Assembly: GCA_951406725.2 (NCBI GenBank)
Contig: OX597818.1
Span: forward strand, 34,100,001-34,164,000
DNA length: 64,000 bases
From: Octopus vulgaris
Taxonomy: Eukaryota
Direction: 5' to 3'
Shown: positions 1 to 14,669 of the stretch, one piece after another
How positions within the stretch are numbered: the first letter of the stretch is position 1
Layout of the letters: every line of letters starts with the position of its first letter
Position numbers and translations under genes: made by a program
Notes under the pieces: generated by a model
What the model was told of the DNA's origin: nothing
Seen by the model: only the letters and a program-made list of their open reading frames with translations
Databases searched by the model: none

Positions 1-1216
1 ATGCGGATTTATCATGAGCTAACGAATACCATTTCACCATCAAGCCCTTTCGTCCATTTCAGCCATTTTACTATTTTGCCATTTAGCCAACAAGAAATAT
101 TCAACCCAGCTATCCAAACCATCGGCCTGTCTAACGCTGAACGTTGTACAAAGCCTGGCCTGTCAGCTTATCCAGGATTGTGAAGATTTCAATAAACTTT
201 CCATTATGTATTCACATCCATAAGAAGAACGAACTAACTCCTCTAAACTTCGTAACATTAATTCGTTCTGTAAGAAATTAGATTTCAGTTGCCAGCGTCG
301 ATTAAATGTGCAAAATCAGCCACTAGGTCAATAAAAATCTTTGTCGTTACTCATTCCAAGTACGTCTTGACTTGGTATAATTAATCTTATCCTTAGAGCC
401 AATGAAATGGACTTTCATCGACAGATCGTGCCATGTCTTTACCTTACGGTCAACACCAGAATAATACGGATATTTTTCTCTTTTTTTTTTGTTCTACCCC
501 CGCCCTACAAGAAATTGGCTTTGTTCTGTTTTTTTTTGTTGTTGTTTTGGGGGTTTTTTTTTACAACTCCAGACGCCCACCGTAAACGTAGCCCCAGCCA
601 CTATCATAAGCTAGTGCTAAATAGCTTAGAAGTAAGCACAGATCTGTTATAACAGATGCCGGAGGTGGTAAGACCTGTTTGGATTAGGGCTGGGTTGGGC
701 CGGCTTGGATTGTCTTGGTCTGTTGTTACCATTGTTGATGATGGTAGCAGTGTCCGGCTTGCTATTGTTGCTGTCGTTGTTATTGCTGCTGTTGTTGGGG
801 GGGGGCGACAGTAGCGGTGGCAGCGACGGTGGTGGTGGTGGTGATGGCGGTGTTGTGATGGTGGTCTTGGCTGTGACAGTGGGAGATGATGAGGTGTCGA
901 TGGGGAAATTGCAGTGGAGGTGAGTGTGGTGACGGTGGTGGATTTGGTAGTGGTGGTGTGGTGGTCTTGGTAGTGGGGAGGGTCGTCGTCGTCATTGTCG
1001 TTGTCGTGTTTATGATGATCGTCGTGGTAGTGGATATGTTGATGTGTTTAAAATAAGAATATCGGCTGCTTTATATCCAAGAACCGAAGTTCATTTGACT
1101 GAAGGACAATTTGCTTAAAACCTTTTTAGTTAAATAGATTTGGTCAACATTCCAGAGATATAATTACTTTTATATACTCGTACTTCTTTATAGTTACACA
1201 TCCTTACACAAAGTTA

Positions 1217-1765
<549 letters not shown>

Positions 1766-1931
1766 ATTTTAAGATAACTGCTTGAAATATTGTTTTCACC
1801 TTTTTCCGCCTAGAATATCTGTTATAGTCCGTAAAATTCGATTGTTCTTTCTTAAAATATCCTTTATTCATAATGTTGTTTGTTGAATAAGTCATCATCA
1901 AGGTTTGACTTTTCCTGGGTTTTTCCTATTT

Positions 1932-2020
1932 AAAATTTTACCTGAAGATGGTGGATTTATGTTATATTACAATCTATTAATACATCAATAAAATCCTAGC
2001 GAAACAGCTGTAGTAATTTT
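1932..2020 (+). ncRNA. Partly degenerate type I hammerhead ribozyme, canonical C3:G8 core, long stem-loop II
   Basis: TTAC-CTGAAGA-T-GGTGGATTT...AAATCCTAGC-GAAA-CAGCTG-TA/GTAA. Palindromic ACAGCTGT stem III; stem II has mismatches. Confidence 0.65.
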
Positions 2021-2302
2021 TAAATTCCATTTCTGTTCCTATATATACGTGATTTTTCGAAACTACCCACTCTTTCTTTTACTTGTTTCCTCTATTTGTA
2101 ACGACGGTAAGTATTGCTTTCCCAATCGACCTGACATCGTTCGCTTGCCTTCATCGGACTTTACTCAATCCTTAAATCGTAGTCTTGGTTTCCGATGGAT
2201 CGACTTTCCACTGACAAGTTCGGCGAGGAAGCAAGATATATTTGGTATGACTCTCAGACTTATTTCTGAATTCTTTATTACAAGTGATCAAATATGGCTT
2301 CT

Positions 2303-2461
2303 TCAGGAGTGGCTGTGTGGTAAGTAGCTTGCTAACCAACCACATGGTTCCAGGTTCAGTCCCACTGCGTGGCACCTTGGGCAAGTGTCTTTTACTATAG
2401 CCTCCGGCCGACCAAGGCCTTGTGAGTGGATTTGGTAGAAGAAAACTGAAAGAAGCCCGTC

Positions 2462-2521
<60 letters not shown>

Positions 2522-2542
2522 ATATATATATAGATAGATAGA

Positions 2543-2632
<90 letters not shown>

Positions 2633-2835
2633 TGTATGTATGTATGTATTATGTATGTATGTGTGTGTATATATGTTTGTGGGTGTGTCCCCACACATCG
2701 CTTGACATCGATGCTGGTGTATTTACGTCCCCGTAACTTAGCGGTTCGGCATAAGAGACCGATAGAATAAGTCCTGGGCGGTGCTCCAGCATGGCCACTG
2801 TCAAAATGACTGAAACTAATAAAAGAATAAAAGAA
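2303..2835 (+). mobile_element. SINE family C (tRNA-like head, CORE-like box, internal microsatellite, LINE-like tail)
   Basis: TGGCTGTGTGGTAAG...GGTTCAGTCCC...CCTTGGGCAAGTGTCTT...GAAACTGAAAGAAGCCCGTCG-type segment, (TA/TG)n, then GTGCTCCAGCATGGCC...TGACTGAAAC. Confidence 0.85.
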
Positions 2836-2999
2836 TACATACAAGCATAGATATGCATATATACTGCATATATATATATAAAAACTCGGAGTTTTATCAT
2901 GGCTACGGAATAATTGTCACATATTACATTTACAGATAATTTCCTCTATTTACATAACATGGAGGTCTTTTTCATTCTTTTGTCATCTTACCATTTTAT

Positions 3000-3046
<47 letters not shown>

Positions 3047-3156
3047 TATATATATACGCACACATACATACATACATACATACATACATACATACATACA
3101 TACATACATACATACATACATACATACATACCATACATACATACATACATACATAA

Positions 3157-3600
3157 ATGCAGTTATTCTATCCAGATTACAAGTTCGTATTTATACCTGT
3201 AATTATTGGGGCCCTGGGATATATAAAACACTGCCTAAATACGAACCTTGAGAAATTAGGTTTCTCAAAATAAAAGAGGAGAAAGTTAATTCGAGGACTA
3301 CAGATCCAATCCATCACTGGAACTGTAAAATTCTGTAAAACTTCCCAGAAGTTTATCATTTAAATATATATGAGCCTGTCTAGATATGCAACTATATCAT
3401 ACATAAAGCAAATCATACAAATCTGCTCATATACATACATACATACATACATACATACATACATACATACATACATACAAACAAACAAAAATACCCTGTT
3501 GTTGATGTTGAAATTACAATGAAGAAGCCTTGGACCTAGGTTAGAAACCGACACTTTCTCTATTGGCAAGAAATCTTGAAATAAAACTGAACAGTTATAT
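3157..3600 (+). mobile_element. 3' fragment of an R4/Dong-clade non-LTR retrotransposon (restriction-like endonuclease C-terminus plus 3' UTR) in (TACA)n
   Basis: 3157-3363 translates QLFYPDYKFVFIPVIIGALGYIKHCLNTNLEKLGFSK*...IQSITGTVKFCK, with the IPVIIGALG motif of RLE elements. Flanked and interrupted by (TACA)n. Confidence 0.75.
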
Positions 3601-4168
3601 ACATACATACATACATACATACATACATACATACATACATACATACATACATGTAGGGTGTTAGATAATGGATAGATTGATGGTGAGATAAATAAACAGA
3701 TATGTGTGTATATGTGTATATATGTCTATCTATATATATATATATGTGTGTGTGTGTGTGGGTGTGTTTGTATATATATATATATATATGATTGTATATA
3801 TGTGATCTCGCTTCAGATTCCATATATTGCTTTGATGTCGAGATCCTTGCTTTAATTGCTCGTTTCCTTCTTCAGCGAATTGCTTCAGTGAATACTTTAT
3901 TTGGTGATCAATCACGAACGCGAATTCATTTAGATCCAATCGATTCCTGGAAACCATTGATATGTGAAACTCACTAGGAAAAAATATCGAACATGTATGG
4001 CAACATTCGATAAGTACCACAGCCCTGTTCTCTAACGTAATTTTAAAGTAATATTCAGCCTAATGCTGATGAATGAAAACTAAAACAAATTTTGTTTTGT
4101 CTCTGTGTGCATGTCTCTAAGTGTGTATTAGTGTGTGTGTGTGTGTGTGTGTGTACAAATATATCTAC

Positions 4169-4201
<33 letters not shown>

Positions 4202-4478
4202 TGTATGTATGTATGTATGTATGTATGTATGTATGTATGTACATGCGTATATTCACATATATATATAAGATATTTTTTATATATACACATACACATATAT
4301 ATATATAACTATATGTGTGTGTATGTATATATTAATGCATGTATTTATGTATATATACAAATATATGTATGTTTGTATATATATATATATATATATATAT
4401 ATGCATATGTGTATGTGTGTATTATGTATATATATATATATATGTATTTATGTATGTAAGTAGGTATGTATGTATGTA

Positions 4479-4529
<51 letters not shown>

Positions 4530-5213
4530 GTATATATGCGTATGTATGTATGTATGTATGTATGTATGTATGTATGTATGTATGTATGTATGTATGTATG
4601 TATGTATGTATGTATGTATGTATGCATGTATGTTCTCTTCTACGTTTAATTATTTGAATTCTTCCTCTGAAGAAGGAGCTGGTTTCTTATAAAGGTACAA
4701 AGCCCTATTGTTGGGATGTACTTGTAAGCTATCTTCAGCGTTTAATATTTATATTTTCCCTCTGATGAAGGAACTGGCTTATAATAAAGATACAAGCTCG
4801 CCATTATGAACGATCCCTTTATATTTGTGTGAGTTATTCGCTATTCTTTTGCAATGGCTCATCACTTTCCTTCTTTCAACTCTCGGGAAGCCCCTTGTTT
4901 GGGCAACCGACAGTTCGCTATTTACACGACATTGCCAGGCATTTGACACCTTTGACACGATTGTCGAGAAACTACTGTATCCATGCACCAAATGTTGGCT
5001 TGTTCCTGCACGCTGCCATTCCTCTGTCTGTTCTACCATTGGATCGGTACGATTTTCTTGAGATATGTCCTATGATTTATTTTCAATTCATGGAGATGTT
5101 GTCTATAGTTTGCCATGCACTGCGTTAATCTGGACATGAGAAAATGGTCACCGGTCTCAGAAATGCCAGCGCTATCATTACTCCTTTCAAGACGGCAGAC
5201 AAGTCTGAGATTG

Positions 5214-5251
<38 letters not shown>

Positions 5252-6751
5252 TCTGTGTGTGTGTGTGTGTGTTATCAATGCATTTTTATTTGTTTATAAC
5301 TGATTTTTTTTGTTTCGTGGGTGTTTTAATACTTTCGGCTTTCAGTATTACCATTTTTTAACTGCGTTGCCGCATTTTTCGACCACAAAATGGACATTAG
5401 AGCAATAAGTCAAGCATTTGGCAAGGTGATGTTTGAATATTTGGAAAGTGATGTTGCCATCGTGATATTGCGAAGGATATGGTACAGGCAATTTATTAAA
5501 GGTAGATAAAGCACCTTGTAACATTTATAGCAACAGCTTTTGATTTCACTTTTATTCATGACAATACTTTTTAAAATAAAACTTATATTCGATAAGTCAA
5601 CACCCATGTATTTTTTTGGTACATATGCTTTTCATTTTAAACTCAGAAAATACTTCTGGTGGGTGGATTGGGAGACTCGTTAGAACATCGGACAAAATGA
5701 ACATGGTATTTAATTAGATTCTTTGTGTTTGGTGCAGAAATCCTGCTGAGATCAGTTGTGCATTTCATCTTCAAGATTTTGGGGTCGATATAGAAATACT
5801 ATAAAACAAAGCATCAAGCTTATGCTCTGCTAACTCCTGAAGGTCCAAAATGTTAGCACAAGAGAACCGTAAGATGTTTTCAAAATGTTAAAAGGTTGCA
5901 GTCTAAAGTGTATGATTACGCAATTACTTATATAATTATTTAATTACGTGTATCTTTCATCCGAGAGGTGGAACTGGATAATATGCTCGTTATGAGTTAA
6001 TATTGTCTTATTGGACAGACAGCTTTCAAAAGGATTTTTTGGTAGTAAAAAGGTTTGGAGCCGAGCCGAAGTTAGAAAGGAAATGTTATTGCATACAAAG
6101 AAAGCAAAGACGAAGCTGCATTGTAGATTTGGTGTGCGACTTGTTGGTTTACAGTTCTACGTTCAATTCATCCTACTTGAAAATATCAAACACCAAAATA
6201 GCAGTCACTCACAAGCAAGTATCACTTAGTGACATGTACCATGGTTTCGTTAATTATTTTAGATACCTATGTCATCATAAGCAGACATAAATATCCTCTC
6301 ATTCTTCCTACTCTTCACCCACCCGAACATCGAAAATATGACAGTTAAAGGGTACTCGTGTTCTGCTAAGTAGATTGGAGAAACGTGAATAAAGTGCATT
6401 ACTCAAGGAGACAACAGCGCCACTAACAGTATAAGCAACAACAATGGGCATAACACACTAACCACTAGGCTATGGGACTTCACACTTCAAAATATACTAG
6501 CAAATAAATTTCTCTCGAATTGGGGGGAATGAAGAGTCCATGGGAAAAAAATTCCCTTGGTCTTTCGGCCTGCTGGTAATAACATCAACTTGGCCCTCAC
6601 GCCTAATCACACGCTACCATTTTAAAAAGTGGAGGACACGTTGAAAATGTAATTGTTCTGAATACACCAAAAGACGCGATGGTTACGACTGGAACGTCTT
6701 TATCATAGGTTTGTTCGATTAATGAATGAATTTACCCTAAACAATAATACC

Positions 6752-6977
6752 TGTTTCTTTACTACCCACAAGGGGCTAAACACAGAAGGGACAAACAAGG
6801 ACAGACAAACGGATTAACTCGATTATATCGACCCCAGTGCGTAACTGGTACTTAATTTATCGACCCCGAAAGGATGAAAGGCAAAGTCGACCTCGGCGGA
6901 ATTTGAACTCAGAACGTAACGGCAGACGAAATACGGTTATGCATTTCGCCCGGCGTGCTAACGTTTCTGCCAGCTCG
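6752..6977 (-). mobile_element. tRNA-derived SINE family A (Nin/Deu-like central domain)
   Basis: A box TGGCAGAAACGTTAG, B box GAGTTCAAATTCC, body GCCTTTCATCCTTTCGGGGTCGATAAA. TSD CTAAACAATRATACC. Confidence 0.88.
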
Positions 6978-7827
6978 CTAAACAATGATACCAATAGCAT
7001 AAGCAACAACAATGGGAAACACTATGATGGCGACAGACCAGTTTTTATTGCGATAGGACTTCTCCAAAAGGAACTCTTAAATTAAAAGCATCATCATTAG
7101 CATCATCAACCATACTACCCCAACCACCATCACCACCACCACAATAACAATAATGAACAGAATTACTACTGTCGTTGCTGAGGTTAACTTCACGTGCATT
7201 ACGACAATAGTAAAACCAATTTCCTCTTGTACTACTAAATACCCCCGACCTATCGGCACCATCTCACATTGTCACCATCGATAATGAGCTAAACTACCCG
7301 TAACTAACATCCAAACCGCAAACTGTCTGAAGGGGAAAGCTAACCACGTAGATTTCACCAGTCTCTTTGTGTCTACAAAGGCCGTGTGCATAGCGCCTGC
7401 TCTGAACCAAACCAATAAAATGAATGAATGTATAGATAAATAAATACATAAATAAACAAATAAATAAAATAAATGAAATAAATAAATAAATAAACAAAAA
7501 ACTTTAGTCACTACCAATATTCATTGTTATAAGTAACAACAACGCGACAAGTATAGGAGCAAAGCTAACGAGAGAGCTACTAACTGGTCATTCGACCCTT
7601 TAAAAATGGCTACTAAATAACCCTGAAATAGGCACCAAGTGAATCCAATAAAGAACATATTAGATACTCTTAGGTGGTCATCGGTACTCCAAACAAGACT
7701 ACAACTTTTGATCATTGTTCTGCTTGACCACGCTTCACCTGAACTATATACAACAGCGACAGCGACAACAACGAGTATTACAACTACTACTAATTCTACT
7801 ACTTCTTCATCTACTACTACAACAAAC

Positions 7828-7868
<41 letters not shown>

Positions 7869-7986
7869 TTGGAACCGCTCGAATACTTCGGATGGTGCTC
7901 GAAAATTAAGGGGTGTTACTTTAGTTCACTGGTAGTGAACAGCTGACACTGTAATACACCTCCAGCGTTAGAAGCTGTGCAAAGGC

Positions 7987-8057
<71 letters not shown>

Positions 8058-8094
8058 CAACAACAACAACAAAAACAATAATAATGATAATAAT

Positions 8095-8223
8095 ATTGAT
8101 AGCGATCCTTTCTACTACAGGCAAAGGTGGGGGGCGCCTAATCGATGCCTCGACCCCATTACTCAACTGGTACTTATCTTATCGACCCCAAAATGGTGAA
8201 AAGCAGAGTCTGATTCTTCAGCG

Positions 8224-8288
<65 letters not shown>

Positions 8289-8650
8289 GTTTCAAATTTT
8301 GTCACAAGGGCAGCCATTTGGGGGCGGGGGTGAGTCGATTACATCAACCCCTGTGTTTCCCTGGTACTTATTTTAACGACCTCGAAAAGATGAAAGACAA
8401 AGTGACCTCGGCGGAATTAATAAAAATAATAATAATAATAATAATAATCCTTTCTATTCTGGGTACAAGGCCTGAAATATGGTGGAAGGAGATGGTCGAT
8501 TACATCGACTGCAGTACTTGACCGGTACTTAATTTATCGACCCCGAAAGGATAAAAGGCAAAGTCAAACTCGGTGGAATTGAAGTCAGAACGTCGGAACA
8601 GGCAAAATACCGCTCAGCATTTCGTCCGGCATGCTAACGATTCTGCTAAT
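8095..8650 (-). mobile_element. SINE family A fragments interleaved with (AAT)n
   Basis: Repeated TCGACCCC / CTGGTACTTA / GAAAGGATGAAAGGCAAAGT-like segments. Confidence 0.75.
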
Positions 8651-9531
8651 AATGATAATAATGGGCTCAAATTTTGGCAGGAAGGCAAAGAATATTTTCA
8701 GCCAAATCCATCAGAGGAACTACATCATTAAAACAAATACCACAACCGCTGCTACTACCACAACAGCTAGTACATAGCACCACTAGTACTACAACCAACC
8801 GTATGCGCAGCCACCGCCTGTACAACTACCACCACCACTACACTAGTAACGCTACAGTCCCTACAGCTAATACTACTACATCAAGCACCACTATTACCGC
8901 TACATCAACATTCACCATCAAAACCACTATGGCTGTCACAGCCATCACCATCGCAACCACATGTACCGCTCCATCCACCAGTACAACCAGCACCATCCCT
9001 GCTCATCAATAAATCTCAAGGTTTATCTGGCATGACAGATCAACTGTAATCAGCAGCTTAACAATAATAACGTTGGATGGACTCGAACTTTTAAATCTCG
9101 ACGTATATCCCTTTAACTGACTCACTCTGTTTTCTCAGAAACCCCCTTCTCTCTCCCTCTCTCTCCCTCTCTCTCTCTCTCGCTCTTTATCTATCTATCT
9201 ATTTATCTATCACTCCTTCTTTGTCTCATCTTGACCTCTTATTTAGTTATGGGTTTCAACTCTAACAGCATCGTCTTCATTCCACAATTTCAAGGTCACA
9301 CAATGGACCCTGCCATACATTATACGTAATATAATTACATTTACAAAATTTTTTTCTTCATCCTTCACTCACGCACATTTACTCCCGCCCTTTCACTTTC
9401 TCTTCATCCTTCTCTCTCCTTCACTCTGGCTAAATCCATTCATTAGTTTCTATCTACGTATCTATCTCAGTATCTCTTCTTATATACTGTTTCATATATG
9501 TGCGTGTGTGTATGTGCATGTATATATATGT

Positions 9532-9739
<208 letters not shown>

Positions 9740-9771
9740 TACGTATGTGTATATATATGGAGAGAGAACAA

Positions 9772-10053
9772 AGTGTACGTACGCCGCTATATATATATAT
9801 ATATAGAATACAAAATGGGACAAGAACGCAAAACATCTAAATAGACGATACAAAAAACACGGAGGGGTCATTCGAAGCCTCTAATCTTCAGTCAAGAACC
9901 GGATCATCCGGCCACAAGGAAAAATTAAGCTAAGATTAGATTCCTTGAAAAAAGGATCGAATGTATACGAAACAAGGACAGAAAAACGGACGATGTTACA
10001 CGAATATAAATACAAAAAAAATAATAATAATACGAATATAAATACAAAAAAAC

Positions 10054-10123
<70 letters not shown>

Positions 10124-10146
10124 TTAATAATAATAATAATAATAAT

Positions 10147-10223
<77 letters not shown>

Positions 10224-10477
10224 CAGGCGTCTTTCGACTCGAGACGAATTGAAATCAGCTAGCGTATTTGAGAATTAAGCCTTACGGCAAACGAAAAGGA
10301 CGATGTTAGCATGCCCGTGGTCCGAAGCAAAAGGGCTAGTAGTTGGCCAGCGATCATCAGCCGAAATTGCGAGGATGATCCGGTTCTTGACTGAAGATTA
10401 GAGGTTTCAAATGACCCGTCCGTGTTTTTTGTATCGTCTATTTGGATGTTTTGCCTTCTTGCCCCATTTTGTACTTC

Positions 10478-10516
<39 letters not shown>

Positions 10517-10532
10517 GCGACGTACGTACACT
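9772..10532. repeat. Long imperfect inverted repeat (arms about 9772-9909 and 10373-10532) around an (AAT)n tract
   Basis: AGTGTACGTACG...AAGAACCGGATCATCC versus GGATGATCCGGTTCTT...CGTACGTACACT. Confidence 0.85.
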
Positions 10533-10534
10533 AA

Positions 10535-10935
10535 GTCAATTACACCGATCCCAGTAATTAACTGATACTTATTTTGTCAACTCCAAAAGAATAAAAAGCA
10601 AAGTTGACATCGGTGGAATTTGAACTCAGATCGGAAGGTCGACGAAATACCGCTAAGCATTTCGTCCGGCGTGCTAACGATTCTGCCAGCTCGCCGCCTT
10701 TGTAACAACGTTAATAATCCTTTCTGATATAGACACAAGGCCTGAAATTTGAGAGAAGGGCGTTAGTCGATTAGATCAACCTCAGTACGCAACTGATACT
10801 TAATTTATCGATCCCGAAAGGATGAAAGGCAAAGTTGACCTCGGCAGAATTTGAACTCAGAACGTAAAGACAGACGAAATACCGCTAGGCATTTCGTCCG
10901 GCGTGCTAACGATTCTGCCAGCTCACCGCCTTTGT
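10535..10935 (-). mobile_element. Two tandem SINE family A copies
   Basis: Same consensus, with heads ...GCCAGCTCGCCGCCTT ending near 10700 and 10932. Confidence 0.85.
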
Positions 10936-10949
10936 AATAAAGTTAATGT

Positions 10950-11140
10950 TTGCTGTGTGGTAAGTATCTTGCTTACCAACCACATGATTCCGGGTTCAGT
11001 CCCACTGCGTGGCACCTTGTGAGTGGATTTTGTAGACGGAAACTGAAAGAAGCCCGTCGTATATATGTATATATGTGTGTGTATGTATGTGTGTGTTTGA
11101 TTGTGTGTGTGTGTGTTTGTGTGTCTGTGTTTGTCCACCC
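10950..11140 (+). mobile_element. SINE family C, 5' part
   Basis: Matches the 2303 copy. Confidence 0.75.
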
Positions 11141-11989
11141 AACATCTATTTTTCATATTTCATCTACCGAGGGCTTTTGTGCCCTTATTGAAGATTTTAA
11201 GTTGGTTCTGACTTGATGAAAGAATTGTGCCTATACTTTCAAAGGCCCTCTGAGACCAGCATGATTTTAGGTGTTGGCACATGCTTTCATGTAGTTGTGT
11301 ATATTTCGATGGATCGATGGATGGATTGATACACGTATGTATGTTTGTATGTGTGTATGTAATTTAGGAATCTTTGTATGGATGTATATGTGTGTGATCG
11401 TGTGGACATATATGTATGTGTGTGTTTCTGTAACTGTGTGTACGTAAATGTGTGTGTGAGAGAGAGAAAGAGAGAGAGAGATACTTAGAGTGTTACTTTG
11501 TAATATTTTAGGCATCTCACATTTCTTCTCTCCTTTTCTCTCTTAAACACATTTTCTTTCACTTTGTCAGTTAAATCTCACCATTAGAAAGGCTTTTAAA
11601 CAAAATTGAGCCATAACATTTACAAAAACGTTAGCAACAGCGACAACATCAAACAGTACACGCAATTCTCCTAAAATATGAAAAAAGAAAGGCCAAACAT
11701 ATCTGAAAAGACATTATCCTACAAATTGAAAACACTCGTTATGCCAGTTAACAAGGAGTCACAATGTCTGTGAAGACGAAGTATCGATCACGGAGTTTAG
11801 CATTCTTCGGTTTGTACACGACCTCTGCACAATCTATGGATATTTCCTGAGCATCAAAATGATTTTAAAGGACAAGTTATTTCTGTTGATATTTTGCTTT
11901 ATTTTTTTTTTCATGATGTGCATCCAGTGACGGATAAAACTTTCAGCGGATGTGACCCTTCCCCAACCCAGTCAATTGCAGGTTATATA

Positions 11990-12205
11990 TTTGTTTCAAA
12001 TTTTGGCACAAAGCCAGAAATTTCGAAGAAGGGGTTAAGTCGATTTCATCGACCTCAATACTCAACTGGTATTTATTATTTTATTGACCCCAAAGGATGG
12101 AAGGCAAAGTCAATTTCGGTGGAATTTGAACTCAGAACGTAAAGACGGACGAAATGCCGCTAAGAATTTGGCTCAGAGGGACAATGATTCTGCCAGCTCG
12201 CCGCG
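11990..12205 (-). mobile_element. SINE family A
   Basis: Matches the other copies in the window. Confidence 0.8.
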
Positions 12206-12739
12206 GCATTTATTGCAGATAATATTCTAAGTTATTATAAACACCAGTAGAGCACTGGAAACGATGTAATCGACTTACCCCCGTCTCCGTTCAGCTGACC
12301 TTGGGCCAAAATTTGAAACTTATGTTCTAAGTTATTATGGTGCTTGATAAACACATGATCGACACGGAAGACAAATATACAAGAAATTGCCTGGTGTAAA
12401 TTTGAACTGCAAACCGTGGAGCTGTTTTGTCGAATATCATATCCATTCGGTCAGTTCACCGCAATTATTCTACCTCAGGGGCCCAAACGTGAAAGCCTTA
12501 ACGAGATTTCTGTACATGTTAGAAGTACCAATCACACCTCTTTCCAGTTATATATTATCATGTTAAATAAGGGAAGGATACACTATATGATGCATATATC
12601 ATAAGTGGAAAAATATAGAGTGGTCAGAGTAGGATTGCCCTTGATCACAGATCTGTTCGATCGGGGTTAACCTGGGGCCAAAAAGCAACAACAGCAACCT
12701 TGTTCAATTGATAAGATTGCAATATAACAAATAGACCTT

Positions 12740-12935
12740 AAGCAGTGAGATGGCAGAATCGTTACCCCCGCCGGGAAAAATGCTTAGCGGCATTTCGTCC
12801 CTCTTTATCTACAGAGTTCAAATTACGTCGAGGTCTTCTTTACCTTTCTTTTTTTCGGATTTGATTATATAAGTACCAGTAATCGACTTACCCTCTCCTT
12901 GAAGCTGATAGCTTGTGCCAAAATTTGAAATCAGT
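12740..12935 (+). mobile_element. SINE family A (diverged)
   Basis: TGGCAGAATCGTTA...GAGTTCAAATT...AAGTACCAGT. Confidence 0.75.
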
Positions 12936-13323
12936 ATATGAAGTAGACTTATTTGGTGTTGAAACACCGAGGTACATGAAATCTAATGATTGTTTTGATC
13001 ATTTTCCTTGCACAGATCGAACTTTCCTGAACGAGACGTCTAAATCCAACATCTAATGATATAGAATTCGCTGTTTTTCTCTTGTAAAATTCATATTGTA
13101 TGCAAGAACTATTTCAGTTCCTTTACTCATTGTAACTGCAATTTCAAGCTGTAATGAGTTGTTGTAATGTTTAGCCCCCGCCTTAGACTTGTAGTGAACC
13201 AGTTAGCACGTTACCAAAGGCTCTACAGATATGTAAATCATGAGTTTTCGTATATCTAGGAACACAGACTTGAGTTCCGCTTGTGGTGAAGATGTAAAAT
13301 ATTTCCTTGATTAAATATTTTTC

Positions 13324-13458
13324 GAAGAAGAAGAAGAAGAAGAAGAAGAAGAAGAAGAAGAAGAAGAAGAAGAAGAAGAAGAAGAAGAAGAAGAAGAAGA
13401 AGAAGAAGAAGAAGAAGAAGAAGAAGAAGAAGAAGAAGAAGAAGAAGAAGAAGAAGAA
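13324..13458. repeat. Pure (GAA)45 tract
   Basis: Direct reading; source of the poly-K ORF. Confidence 0.97.
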
Positions 13459-13551
13459 TTATGATAATTACTATTATTATTATGAAAGGTGGAGACGATC
13501 TGATATATTAATTAGCGTACGGAACAAAATGCCTTACGGCATTCCTTCAGG

Positions 13552-13604
<53 letters not shown>

Positions 13605-13830
13605 GAAATATTAAAATTACTAAGTCTCTCTAAAAGAGAACAACGGCAGCGTTCTCGGAAAATAATAGTTATCGCCATACTAATATGGCATTCTTATAAA
13701 AATAAGAATAAAGCTGTCCGCTTATTAGCTCCATGAGGCCATCGCCTTAAGTTAGCTATTTGATACACAAACTGTATCCATATAACCTTCGAACAAGGGA
13801 GGTCAGTCGCTCCACACTACTTGACCGGCA

Positions 13831-13872
13831 GCTGCAGACGCGTTTCGGGGTATTGCCCCTTTTCAATGCAGC
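13831..13872 (-). ncRNA. Minimal type I hammerhead ribozyme, U3:A8 core variant (copy 1)
   Basis: Minus strand reads GCTGCA-TTGAAAA-GGGG-CAATA-CCCC-GAAA-CGCG-TC/TGCAGC: 6-bp stem I, 4-bp stem II, palindromic ACGCGT stem III, GUC cleavage triplet. Confidence 0.88.
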
Positions 13873-14192
13873 GTAGCCAGACAGTAGGTGTCGCTTCTGA
13901 CAATCTCTGTTCGAAGGTTTTATTTACCTAGCTTCGGTGGAATACATCCACTTGTTTTCAATAATAGAAATATTAAAATTACTAAGTCTCTCTAAAAGAG
14001 AATAACGGCAGCGTTCTCGGAAAATAATAGTTATCGCCATACTAATATGGCATTCTTATAAAAATAAGAATAAAGCTGTCCGCTTATCAGCTCCATGAGG
14101 CCATCGCCTTAAGTTAGCTATTTGATACACAAACTGTATCCATATAACCTTCGAACAAGGGAGGTCAGTCGCTCCACACTACTTGACCGGCA

Positions 14193-14234
14193 GCTGCAGA
14201 CGCGTTTCGGGGTATTGCCCCTTTTCAATGCAGC
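14193..14234 (-). ncRNA. Minimal type I hammerhead ribozyme, U3:A8 core variant (copy 2)
   Basis: Identical to copy 1 and exactly 362 bp away. Confidence 0.88.
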
Positions 14235-14669
14235 GTAGCCAGACAGTAGGTGTCGCTTCTGACAATCTCTGTTCGAAGGTTTTATTTACCTAGCTTCGGT
14301 GGAATACATCCACTTGTTTTCAATAATAGAAATATTAAAATTACTAAGTCTCTCTAAAAGAGAATAACGGCAGCGTTCTCGGAAAATAATAGTTATCGCC
14401 ATACTAATATGGCATTCTTATAAAAATAAGAATAAAGCTGTCCGCTTATTAGCTCCATGAGGCCATCGCCTTAAGTTAGCTATTTGATACACAAACTGTA
14501 TCCATATAACCTTCGAACAATGGCGATAACTTGCCGTTGTTCTCTTTTAGAGAGACTTAGTAATTTTAATATTTCTATTATTGAAAACAAGTGGATGTAT
14601 TCCACCGAAGCTAGGTAAATAAAACCTTCGAACAGAGATTGTCAGAAGCGACACCTACTGTCTGGCTAC

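Noticed and set aside
1-450. Possible very old reverse transcriptase remnant on the minus strand
   Set aside because: Only faint motif echoes (IFIDL); not supportable without an HMM search.
2110-2290. RTE-like C-terminal echo (ELVSGK...KPRLRFKD) on the minus strand
   Set aside because: Short and heavily degraded; noted only.
4820-5215. Possible L1/Tx1 C-terminal zinc-binding remnant (ETGDHF..CP...W) on the minus strand
   Set aside because: It needs frameshifts and the similarity is too weak to call.
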